Below, one piece after another: positions 9,201 through 16,606 of a stretch of 64,000 bases of DNA (the first letter of the stretch is position 1; every line of letters begins with the position of its first letter). Both the position numbers and the translations under genes were made by a program. Source of the DNA: Setoptus koraiensis. Its lineage: Eukaryota; Animalia; Arthropoda. The DNA is taken from positions 22,196,001 to 22,260,000 of the forward strand of contig CM106585.1 in assembly GCA_048013815.1 (NCBI GenBank), read 5' to 3'. The notes beneath the pieces are model-generated. The model was not told where the DNA came from, searched no databases, and worked only from the letters and a program-made list of their open reading frames with translations.

Positions 9201-11647
9201 CAATTCATGCCGCTGGTAGGCGACAACGCGTCCACTTGTATGTCAACTTGAATGGTGTCTTGAGAATGACGATTCTTAGCAACACACAAATAATTGCCAG
9301 AATCAATGGGTTGTGCATTGCATATAATCAACGATGCATAACCATAATTGTAGAATACATTTATTCGGCCACCAATAATAATGGGCTGCGAATCCTTAAA
9401 CCATTCAATTGTCATAGAAGAATCGTCTTCCGGTTTCACTCTAGCGTCCAAATAAACATTCTTGCCTTGTTTCACTTTATTGGAGCTTGCGATCAACGAA
9501 GTGAATCGTGCCTTGCTGGCCTCAAATTCGTCCGCTTCCTCTGTCAGTCGCTGACCTCTATTGGGCAAGACAAAATAACGTGATTCCATCGTATTCTTGA
9601 ATATCTTTTCCTCTAGTGTTATTAAATCTTGCTGTTTGTATCGCTCACTCCCACCACCAGTTGCTGCTTCTTGTTCCATATTAAAATCACGAATATCTTT
9701 TGGTGCAAAATGTTGCGCGTCTTCGTTGAACTTGATGTCCATACTGGACTCGTCTTGACCATGCCTGTTTCTTATGATACATTTGTAAACACCACAATCA
9801 CTTTGCTTAAATTTGCCTATCGTTAAGCTTATGTAACCATAACTAAATAATGTTGAAGTTCTGGAGCCCACCACTAGGGGACGATCATTTAAAAACCAAT
9901 CACAGGTCATGGAGTGATCGTTGCATGGCTCATATTCGGCCTCAAGTTTTACTTGTTGGCCCTCGTGCACATAAATAATACTGTTTGTGTTTTTGCTATC
10001 AATTAACGTAGACACATAAGTTAAAGGACGGACAAATTTGGCCTTCGTCAACGACAACTCATACTGGCTAGACACTGCTGTCTGCTGTTGTGTCATCATT
10101 GATTCACTCGATAGACTGGCGCTGGCCATTGGCGACGGGCTACTCTTGTGGTCATGTCGTTTAGCTTGTCTGAGGCGCAATTTAGCCGAGCATTCGTGCA
10201 CAATTGGTTCGGTGTGGATGACGTTTGTATTGTCCTTTAAACCAGAATAACCATATTGTTGTTGTTGCTGTTGTTGTATCACTCGACAAGTGTAAACACC
10301 GAGATCCTCGCTGCGTGTTTGCAGTATGGTCAACTGTATGTAACCGAAGGTGTCTGAGACGGTCATGCGGGGATCATTGTTTATTTGCAACTCCTGACCA
10401 TTGAAAAGCCAGATAATTTTCAATTGAGGCAATATTTGCAATGCTTGAGCGGACAATCGTATTGAAAATTTGGCCGTTCTGCCCATTTGCTCTAATTGAA
10501 AATCGCTGATTTTTTCCAAAAACAAACTGTCAGACTTGTTATCGTTTTGCGATTGTTTTGCGTCTGCACCACCGCCAATGCTGCTTGTTGCTGATGATGT
10601 TCTTCCTCGTGGCGAGCTGGACAGTTGACGTATTGTTGTTCTGAATTGGTTGTCTGACTGTGACGTGCCTGGCATATTGGCGCCTGGCATGTTGGCGCCA
10701 GGCTGATTGAATCTAAATGGGCTCCGTGAATGTCTCATAATACCAGGCGCACTGGCCATAGACAGCAGAGGTGGAGGACCCGAGTGACCGCTGGCAAATC
10801 TTTGTTGTTGTTGTCTATTGTGCTGCATAAATGTGGAATGCGGCCTAGTATACAAATGTTGCTGACCAATTTGTTGTTGTTGTTGTTGTTGTTGTTGTTG
10901 CTGCTGCTGCTGTTCTTGCTGATAGGAAGATGATGCAGATGCTGATGATAATGAGGTATTAGCTAGCTCACCTTGGTGTATAGTCTCCTGACTGTGACCG
11001 TGTTGTTGATGATGATGCAATGTTGGTGATTGATATGATGATGCAGATGATGATGATTGTGATGATGTTGGTAAATTTTGAAGTGATCCAAATAGACGAC
11101 GCATGAATGATGATGGTTGTTGATGGTGTGATACTTGTTGCTGTTGCTGATGTGGTTGCTTATCTTCGAATAGACGCTTGAAATTATTTATACTTCCACT
11201 GCTCTGTTGTTGTTGTTGTTGTTGATTGTTATAGTCCTCATCTGAGAGCGCGTTGTCGGCTTGCTGTTGTTGCACGTTCGAACGCGTTACTAATTGCTCT
11301 TGAGCCAGCGACTGGCCGCCTCCCGACGACGTCGCTATGTAACTGGACGAGGACGATAATGCCGATGCACTGCGCAATCCGACATTTGGCCTCACTCTGG
11401 ACAAATTGTCATCGGAAAGATTCATGTCGTTCAGCGATTGGGTGTCACCATCGCAAGAACAACACAACAGAGATGAGGCTCGGAGATGTCCACCAGGTTG
11501 CTGCTGTTGCTGTTGTTGAGCATATTGCTGTTGCTGGCTTGCCGAGGACGCTGATAGATTTTCGTCGTTGCGCCTCACATTGACTCGTTGCACTATTTTT
11601 GCATCAGCCGGCCTCTTTAGCGCTCTACCGGACATAGGGCCCGGCAT
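1..11647 (-). CDS. Giant titin/sallimus(kettin)-like muscle protein, 5' part; single ORF of >=3882 codons running off the left edge
   Basis: In-frame TAG at 11672-11674, then ATG at 11647 (MPGPMSGRALKRP...). No in-frame stop in the long stretches read by hand, and the ORF track lists no terminated ORF in this frame. Contains six sls-type I-set Ig domains (e.g. PRSDPTMKVEWFKDDKPLTVGNRISVHYNYGYAQLIIRDFEEHDCANYTC), then long disordered segments and an E/K/P/V/D-rich tandem array. Confidence 0.85.
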   Translation of the reverse strand, partial: MPGPMSGRALKRPADAKIVQRVNVRRNDENLSASSASQQQQYAQQQQQQQPGGHLRASSLLCCSCDGDTQSLNDMNLSDDNLSRVRPNVGLRSASALSSSSSYIATSSGGGQSLAQEQLVTRSNVQQQQADNALSDEDYNNQQQQQQQSSGSINNFKRLFEDKQPHQQQQQVSHHQQPSSFMRRLFGSLQNLPTSSQSSSSASSYQSPTLHHHQQHGHSQETIHQGELANTSLSSASASSSYQQEQQQQQQQQQQQQQQIGQQHLYTRPHSTFMQHNRQQQQRFASGHSGPPPLLSMASAPGIMRHSRSPFRFNQPGANMPGANMPGTSQSDNQFRTTIRQLSSSPRGRTSSATSSIGGGADAKQSQNDNKSDSLFLEKISDFQLEQMGRTAKFSIRLSAQALQILPQLKIIWLFNGQELQINNDPRMTVSDTFGYIQLTILQTRSEDLGVYTCRVIQQQQQQQYGYSGLKDNTNVIHTEPIVHECSAKLRLRQAKRHDHKSSPSPMASASLSSESMMTQQQTAVSSQYELSLTKAKFVRPLTYVSTLIDSKNTNSIIYVHEGQQVKLEAEYEPCNDHSMTCDWFLNDRPLVVGSRTSTLFSYGYISLTIGKFKQSDCGVYKCIIRNRHGQDESSMDIKFNEDAQHFAPKDIRDFNMEQEAATGGGSERYKQQDLITLEEKIFKNTMESRYFVLPNRGQRLTEEADEFEASKARFTSLIASSNKVKQGKNVYLDARVKPEDDSSMTIEWFKDSQPIIIGGRINVFYNYGYASLIICNAQPIDSGNYLCVAKNRHSQDTIQVDIQVDALSPTSGMNWHELNESLKQGQLEHERQRQMLLRDRYGDSYISDDDDNKLDWKVIMTRHLEDSSIYSIEREQEEIIRQLVRPRPKFIKPCIANRTYFLLSDSEGNNAGSKLTGRWHDEQSVTGAYRQREDRLHLHIEAKIYPHNDDTMQVRWYRLRPRSGSLMGKDSDEDHLNQFRSIEALDSSSWIEEELTRSSDSRIKITHHFGYVSLDMEPMRGTADSGIYMCRITNNSGETSESKVNIVVKKSKRKKTTKEGARRGTEKKSVTSGAQQHEEDIMSASDNEYNRSERSSSRQLQETTGRDSQLEMARATEQQQLEERRITYRVLEDTLKYRLDREIDEIISFNCPNFVKHLSISSLDREVAKGESYYKVGEAIQIEAQVAPGNDDTMTFEWTLNGVPIQPEPQRLSYTTIFGYATLKILSLRQEDQGLYVLTASNNKGKATSSVMLNIGDYSKAILQTQSKQLQESLKESGQSKLQLQQERDANQLVSADNQQVDNKGGEFFKLCFTEDTTLFNIERTVLEEIRQLDDGNSVAMTDQRSVEAISPVPLHEAVTPEFQEDTNAPTAQKHKQPFAAVFARTAGDANAGAQTTIADGSSQISKIMSSTGEHVDDNQQAKSATTSHDLRASNEDDVLAKYPQFITPFVDNINLKMRSTAELKTSLTPRSDPTMKVEWFKDDKPLTVGNRISVHYNYGYAQLIIRDFEEHDCANYTCVATNSFGTDRITGRLSLSDKYFEPKSKPKPPRRRVKKKPDGEQDDKAKSDGNGPASMQSATAKASLIPMAESRLKKTATKSQNERHADADVRGSSDYSLKDTTNLTLLDGVELTQEPAYTISRYRTLEDTAIRTIERDEVEIIRQIDGSQDEAAHLNEVSKIKYADDSAQSSRSGERKKSLKESGSLIPKLVPGKAAQPSIDQKKASIKPEMGAIMTSTSDEVLDSFEPEYKIQKYRTLEDTELRKYERTSVESTKPITDLQKSQQQPTETGTETGAMQRPHSEKNDVLKSKIQRIRPTERRLRGGDRPMSEQESKISWSATGKRQQQQATGESETTLGDKQQPASLVGSGSVGPPELTTIEPVVDSDLIDLDYLSLCKAKDSSSLPKKTDSLPYSSSPSLPERDSVPCSSFSSSLHSPVTSKIVGQPQDSNLTSGDTQQAPTLTLEQSYKADDDHRQLFTPDLTPSDKLQHSSIISDRVAADENSLIFPADQSTTIITPPASTLVTLNNDLTTLEQIEREHVSAVSEESDGFEEDSFLYTSHLMPSESPDLDQGIERDSRRMAKSKGQIRRTVVIGSEQQRQQPQPEITGLADDQIIGASGLSEAKQPDTTARHFGSMSTTGSDRTGQFRVEDGTAKEIIPLLSSSSDKSTLLQQQATEVKKKPRERVDVSTEGDQWTISFSGRSNIIPSTHAMASEEANYLDRLDMVFNKTDADNQSMHIDNYQGDAENAMTSHLITKETNMQNVLFEADRPQEEREDLVDEKQQPASIIGSTESIDYARKRTIDDADDKVESEKQKKIMDQTAIISQKQDDRRITRGVVSQRSKKEELDEKIKDDLARLQLARMLRGEANLKDTENDDNDKKYDQWRLRSKSKSPARYSLPIETQKRQSKSSWERPPPITTPTASQLYNHYRPISRQTSSIEFDSATRASTRPSRSMAYSRESINTDLDRYVPTRYSSSSSLDRLNQRHVSPTTRSSRLHEDTSPFSDLYRKQQSENQNDGEDPLMLRRVVEVHLPLSHERQHFTFASNTCPLQQHRPDVGEDDEKKKSEDDMTKNYAKSKQGGMQKEMKNTEILETMGATSEETEVPLLEAAKEQHSIEHNVLIKQERQRDSGIFKENLGIENRGELGRTEESSQQRGRTSIELKIAKRLPDKGYRSSSAELAIDEESQDVIDDLRIDIAKDLKKKEKVSEIRENSPTELEFEAQQSDQDVYFDTVSSELDSVQKRPIDVNRDSKKKSTFVYAAEIQPEPVEIPRETKEPSKRTKKSSTELELEPQLGDEEGVEPSVESLALDVEPQQDVTDDLEIDIATGLRKKKKVPKKTKKSSTELELEPQLGDEEGVEPSVESLALDVEPQQDVTDDLEIDIATGLRKKKKVPKKTKKSSVDLELEPQPSEEDVEPTVESLALDVEPQQDVTDDLEIDISTGLRKKKKVPKKTKKSSVDLDLELEPQPSEEDVEPTVESLALDVEPQQDVADDLEIDISTGLRKKKKVPKKTKKSSTELELEPQLGDEEGVEPSVESLALDVEPQQDVADDLEIDISTGLRKKKKVPKKTKKSSVDLELEPQPSEEDVEPTVESLALDVEPQQDVTDDLEIDISTGLRKKKKVPKKTKKSSTELELEPQLGDEEGVEPSVESLALDVEPQQDVTDDLEIDISTGLRKKKKVPKKTKKSSTELELEPQLGDEEGVEPSVESLALDVEPQQDVTDDLEIDIATGLRKKKKVPKKTKKSSVDLELEPQPSEEDVEPTVESLALDVEPQQDVTDDLEIDISTGLRKKKKVPKKTKKSSVDLELEPQPSEEDVEPTVESLALDVEPQQDVTDDLEIDISTGLRKKKKVPKKTKKSSTELELEPQLGDEEGVEPSVESLALDVEPQQDVTDDLEIDIATGLRKKKKVPKKTKKSSVDLELEPQPSEEDVEPTVESLALDVEPQQDVTDDLEIDISTGLRKKKKVPKKTKKSSTELELEPQLGDEEGVEPSVESLALDVEPQQDVTDDLEIDISTGLRKKKKVPKKTKKSSVDLELEPQPSEEDVEPTVESLALDVEPQQDVADDLEIDISTGLRKKKKVPKKTKKSSTELELEPQLGDEEGVEPSVESLALDVEPQQDVADDLEIDIATGLRKKKKVPKKTKKSSVDLELEPQPSEEDVEPTVESLALDVEPQQDVADDLEFDISTGLRKKKKVPKKTKKSSTELELEPQLGDEEGVEPSVESLALDVEPQQDVADDLEIDIATGLRKKKKVPKKTKKSSVDLELEPQPSEEDVEPTVESLALDVEPQQDVTDDLEIDISTGLRKKKKVPKKTKKSSVDLELEPQPSEEDVEPTVESLALDVEPQQDVTDDLEIDIATGLRKKKKVPKKT
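7050..10500 (-). other. Six spaced Ig I-set domains within the titin-like ORF (~10260-10500, 9740-9960, 9200-9480, 8520-8860, 7890-8160, 7050-7330)
   Basis: Repeated pattern M/L-x-x-x-W-x-x-[DN] ... [FY]GY-x-x-L-x-I ... D-x-G-x-Y-x-C, read by hand in the minus frame. Confidence 0.75.
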
Positions 11648-11962
11648 TTTCGAGCGTTCAATTTGTGCCAACTAACTTTTTAATTTTGCTCACTGCTACT
11701 ATTGATATGATTACTTATCTCCACCTGGACATGACAAATGATAATATTATACTTTCGTTTCACTAGTATTGCTGTTAGAAGAACAATCACAGACTAATTA
11801 TATTATGCAAAGTAAAAAACGTGTGCAGATACGTTTTAAACGTGATTATACGTCGATGACTTACATGTAATTTCACACAAACAGTACCGATTATTTGCGA
11901 TGATAGTGATTACATAATAGAAGAAAGATAAAATAAATCAAACGTTTCTAGAGGTAGGAAGA

Positions 11963-11997
11963 GATGGATGGATGGATAGATGGATAGATGGATAGAT
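11963..11997. repeat. (GATG/GATA)n microsatellite
   Basis: gatggatggatggatagatggatagatggatagat. Confidence 0.9.
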
Positions 11998-13410
11998 ATC
12001 TGAAAGGAGATTGTGCAAAAGAGTAAAGTGTTGGCAAGTAAGCATCTCGGCAAAATGATTATTGTAGTGACGAACAAACAAACAAGCGGGCAGGCTCACA
12101 TCAAAGAATCAAAGAATTTGCTGCAAGAATTTACAACATCACACAGTTGAAGCATTCGAGAAAAAAAAGCACCTAACTATATAGTTTAACCGTATCACAC
12201 TAGAGTCTTAGTCATACCATTACTCATACTTTTGATCACATATATTCACGTATAACTTTTGCTTCGAATCTCAGCTCAAAATTTCGATCCTAGTCTAACT
12301 TTCACTTATACTCTTACTTTTTACTATGACTCAACTTCCAATACTGTTGCTACTAGTGTCTTTTGCATTGTAAACAAGACATAACGTTACAACGTTACGT
12401 TGTCCCAGTTTTAGTTACGTAAATTACAAACAACACACGCACATGGGGCATAAGCTGCTATGCAAAAAGAGGACGACAGGGTGTGATATATTCCCATTGG
12501 ATCGCTGTGACTGGGTGTCTAAGAATTTGAATCATGCTCTAGTTAAACATCAACGCAACACTGGCAGCTTTGTATGCCCAAGGTCAATAATGTCAGTATG
12601 TGTGTAATTTAGCAATTTAATTACTTATAGTCAACACATGAAGCTGCTTCCTCGGCAGTAGTCGCTAACGGGGCTAGCGCCCTTCCTTGCCACCCTACAA
12701 CTACCAAGCATAAGCAGATTGATGTAGCAGTCTCTCCTTCATACAACATGCTGCCTCTTTCCCCCCATCGTCGTTCTTTATTTTTATTTATTTATATATG
12801 TATACATATATATGTTCTTCTTCATAGACACGGCAAGAGGCTGATAGAGGGAGAAACTTTGTTGCCGAGCTCAACCCTCTTGCAAAAACAGAATGCAAGA
12901 AATCGAGGCTTGTATTTAGCGTAATGTGTTTGGTAGGATTTAAAGAGCATAAGATGATTGTTTGATTGGCATCTAAAAGGGTAGTGATGTTGCATGTGAC
13001 CTGAGCGAAAAAGAACGCAGTCACAAAACGTCATTAGCGACGAATTGGGTGATTTGTGTGACTGTTGATATATTTTTAGACTTCACTCGCTAAACTAGCT
13101 GGTGTGATGAACCAAACAAGGATTTACTCGATAACTCGAGAAAAAAAAAACTTTCACAACCAATTGAATTTGGCGCGATAACGAAATCCACCTGCAGTGG
13201 GCGTCAATAGTCCCATGCCGAACTAAAGACACGTGCTTCTTAATGATGGTCCAACAACATCCTCCACCTGTACTGTGATACACCACACAATATGGTTTCC
13301 TTTTGTTATCATTAATTAGTCTGATTGAGTTATTTTTTATGTTATTTTTTTATTTTATAACTAATTAATTAATTTATCGAATCATCGCTCTATACGATTC
13401 TAATACGATC

Positions 13411-15387
13411 ATGGGCAGAACACCAAGATCCAAGCAGAACAGCTCATTTGCCAACACCAGTATTAATAACAACAATCATTCTATTGTTATTGAGGAGGAC
13501 AGTGAGACGGGTTACGATGAATTTATTAAAAAATTTCCCGATGTCGAACCTGTTGAAGCACATCAACTTATTGGTTGTGATAACCAACTTGCGGCAATCA
13601 AATGCGAATTGGATGCGCTGATCGAAGGCGAACCAGTATTCATTCTCCTGGAGGGACCCATGGAAACCGGCAAGACAACGTTAGTTAAGCAGTTGGTAAA
13701 AGTGTATGAAGAAACAATTAAATTCTTCTATCTTAAAGCGCCATGGTGTCTTACAAGAGAATTCGGTTACCCGAGAAAGAGACTAGAGCTCTTGTTCAAA
13801 GAAGCAGTAGAGAAACAACCATCAGTTATTTTTATTGATGAAATTGATCGGCTGTGTTCAAATAAGAAACAAAATGATTCCAAAGAGAGCCTCATATGGG
13901 ACTCTTTACTAGATCATATGCATATATTAAAGTCTAATCCGACGTCCAAGGTCATGGTTATAGCTGCCACTAGCAGAATAGAAAGTATTGATATGCAACT
14001 TAGGAAGTATATCAAAAAAGAGATACCATTCTATTATTTTAATCAAAATCAACGCGTTGAGGCACTTGTTGTTTTACTGAAAAAATATCAGCAAGATGAA
14101 GAGTTGGCCAAACTAAGCACACTTTCCAATCTTGCTTGCAACATGGCCTGCTACTCTTATAATGCATTACAGGAATTGTGCATTGAAGCTAACAAAATTG
14201 CTAAGGCAAATGGATTGACCGGGATTGATGTGGCCTCTTTCAAGAAGGCTCAAGAGGTAATAAGGGCACCAACAGCAAAATCTATTGTTACGCCTTGTCC
14301 TAAACTCCAATGGTCTGATATTGGTGGCAATCATAGAATCAAAGAAGAGCTTATTAAATCTGTTATATGGCCCATCCAGTACCCAAAAAGGTATCAAAGA
14401 CACAACCTTGAAGCTCCCAGGGGTGCGTTACTGTACGGACCGCCTGGTTGCTCTAAAACCATGATGGCCCGTGCATTAGCTACTGAGAGTACTTTCAATT
14501 TTATCTGCATCAAAGGACCGCAGTTATTGTCGAAATGGGTCGGTGATACAGAGGCTGAGGTAAGAAAGCTGTACAAGAATGCCAAGATGCTAGCTCCATG
14601 TATTATTTTCTTCGATGAATTTGACGGAATTGCGTCTAGACGAAGTGGACAAAGTAATAACGGCACCACAGAAAGAGTTGTTGCACAGTTGTTAAGCGAG
14701 ATAGATAGTGTCGTGCCTGCGGATGGAGTTTTTACCATGGCAGCCACAAATATGCCATCATCAATTGACAAGGCTTTCCTAAGACCAGGCAGGTTAGAGT
14801 CTGTTATCTATGTTCCATTACCCTCCAGAGAGGAGAGAAGAGAAATTTTTGATATTCACATCAGAAGAAAGACCAAGGAAGATAGTATTCCAGTAGTAAT
14901 AGATACAGAAGAATTGGCCGAACGAACTGAGGGATATTCGGGAGCAGAGATTATGGGCCTTTGTAAGAGGGCATTCTACGCTGCTATGACCGAAAGCAAT
15001 AATATTGAGAAAGACGTTGAACAGATTGATGTTCGTCACTTTGAGGTGGCTTTCAATGAGGTCAAGCCCAATACTAGTGCCGAAGATATTGAGCGTTTCG
15101 AAAAGTTCAGAGACAGATCCTGTAATAATGGTTCCAACAACGACAACGACATCAACAACTGCAACGACATCAACAACTGCAACGACATCAACAACTGCAA
15201 CGGCACTGAGGAAGGTCCTAAAATTATTCCTGATGTTATCGACGAGTCGGAAATGTCGCTTCCGAAATTCTCCGAAGACAGATTGTCGCTGCAGGCCAAA
15301 CCCAACAATCGCGCCAGCACCTTGCCCAGGTCTATTCAAAGGCAAATGTCTATGCGAAAACTCTGGGGTAGACTAGTGAAAAAATAG
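13411..15387 (+). CDS. SPATA5: AFG2/SPATA5-like double-ring AAA+ ATPase, intronless, 658 aa, no N-domain, degenerate D1
   Basis: D2: WSDIGG, GALLYGPPGCSKTMMARALATES (GPPGCSKT is the AFG2/SPATA5 signature), IKGPQLLSKWVGDTE, IIFFDEFD, FLRPGRLE. D1: GPMETGKT, IFIDEID. Confidence 0.75.
   Translation: MGRTPRSKQNSSFANTSINNNNHSIVIEEDSETGYDEFIKKFPDVEPVEAHQLIGCDNQLAAIKCELDALIEGEPVFILLEGPMETGKTTLVKQLVKVYEETIKFFYLKAPWCLTREFGYPRKRLELLFKEAVEKQPSVIFIDEIDRLCSNKKQNDSKESLIWDSLLDHMHILKSNPTSKVMVIAATSRIESIDMQLRKYIKKEIPFYYFNQNQRVEALVVLLKKYQQDEELAKLSTLSNLACNMACYSYNALQELCIEANKIAKANGLTGIDVASFKKAQEVIRAPTAKSIVTPCPKLQWSDIGGNHRIKEELIKSVIWPIQYPKRYQRHNLEAPRGALLYGPPGCSKTMMARALATESTFNFICIKGPQLLSKWVGDTEAEVRKLYKNAKMLAPCIIFFDEFDGIASRRSGQSNNGTTERVVAQLLSEIDSVVPADGVFTMAATNMPSSIDKAFLRPGRLESVIYVPLPSREERREIFDIHIRRKTKEDSIPVVIDTEELAERTEGYSGAEIMGLCKRAFYAAMTESNNIEKDVEQIDVRHFEVAFNEVKPNTSAEDIERFEKFRDRSCNNGSNNDNDINNCNDINNCNDINNCNGTEEGPKIIPDVIDESEMSLPKFSEDRLSLQAKPNNRASTLPRSIQRQMSMRKLWGRLVKK
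15145..15198 (+). repeat. 18-bp coding tandem repeat x3 (NDINNC) in the AAA ATPase tail
   Basis: aacgacatcaacaactgc repeated three times exactly. Confidence 0.95.
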
Positions 15388-16606
15388 ATCACGATTAAAA
15401 TTGCTGACTGAGCATACTAAACGATAATATTGTCTAATCTCCGATGTTCATATGTCCTTGCCTAGTTGTTTATCATGACGTTTCTCTAATTCAGCTATCA
15501 TCTGACACTTGTGAGGGTGGATAATTTTATTTGGATGAATGATTTTTATGGCAGTGCATAGAGCAGGATGAGAATGTAGAACAAACTGCAATGTGCCGGA
15601 AAACGTCGGAAAGTCAGCAGACGGCAGTGCCAGCAGTACAACAACAACAACGTATAAACAACTCAGCTGTTTCTGATGCTGCCAGAGGGTCCTCCACGAT
15701 TCATCGAGACGTTTATTTCGCCGACGGCTGAGTTGAACATAACAGCTTCGACTCACAATGGCAGATCGATTTCTAGGATAGTCATTTCGTCGACGCCCGA
15801 TTCATCGACGCAGATTTCGGTCTCGATAACAACCAATATCAACTGTGACCCACATTTGTATATGTTCAATTTAAATTCGTCTATTGTGCGTTGAGCGCGG
15901 CACGGTAGAGGTTGATACAACGAAACTTGGTGTGTCTCTCCAAGATATTGGAGACCTTCTACCTGGTGCCCACTGAAACGATCTCGTTCTCAAACAAATG
16001 GGTTAGGTAAGGAGCGAGTGGGAAACGCGACGAAATTGACGGCCCGGGTTTGTAACGGGCGGTGTCAATGAAGCGAGCCTTTCGATGTTGTGAGTTTCGG
16101 TGAATCGATTGTTTCGATATTGCGTTAGCATTGGCCGGCTGCCATGTAGTAACGAGATGAGTTGCAGATTGCACACGACGATTGTCGGCGCCAGCAACAG
16201 CAGCAGCAGCAGCTTATCCGGATGACTGGATAGTTTGCAGTGTTAATCATAGTCGATATTATTTATATCTTGCCGTTGCAGTTTATTACGCATTAGCAGC
16301 TACCTGCTCATTTCGTCTAGACAACAACATCTGGTGGAAGCTCACTCACGCACACCTATTCAAAAGGATATTGTCAGAGGTAAATATAAATATCTACAAT
16401 ATACGGGGAGAGAGTTGCGTTGTAAGCTCTGTCACAAGCATGCATTTACTTGTTGTTGTGTGTCAGTAATAATCCCGATTATTAGACAATTTCAAAGCAT
16501 TTATTTTTCTCTCAATCACTCAACTATCATCCACTGTTAATATTGCATCGATATCGCAGGCCACTATTGGACTTGGAAAACAGAAGAGACCACCTCACCT
16601 GTGAAA

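Noticed and set aside
250-11583. Plus-strand ORFs such as MGTFFFFLRPV... and MARHLVRETRQ...
   Set aside because: Antisense shadows of the minus-strand giant ORF.
12440-13290. Possible small exons or a snoRNA upstream of AFG2
   Set aside because: Splice-like sites give no coherent product, and C/D-like boxes are too far apart with no terminal stem.
15448-16540. Several 60-100 aa ORFs between AFG2 and SRPRA
   Set aside because: Overlapping on both strands, with no recognisable domain or consistent splice pattern.
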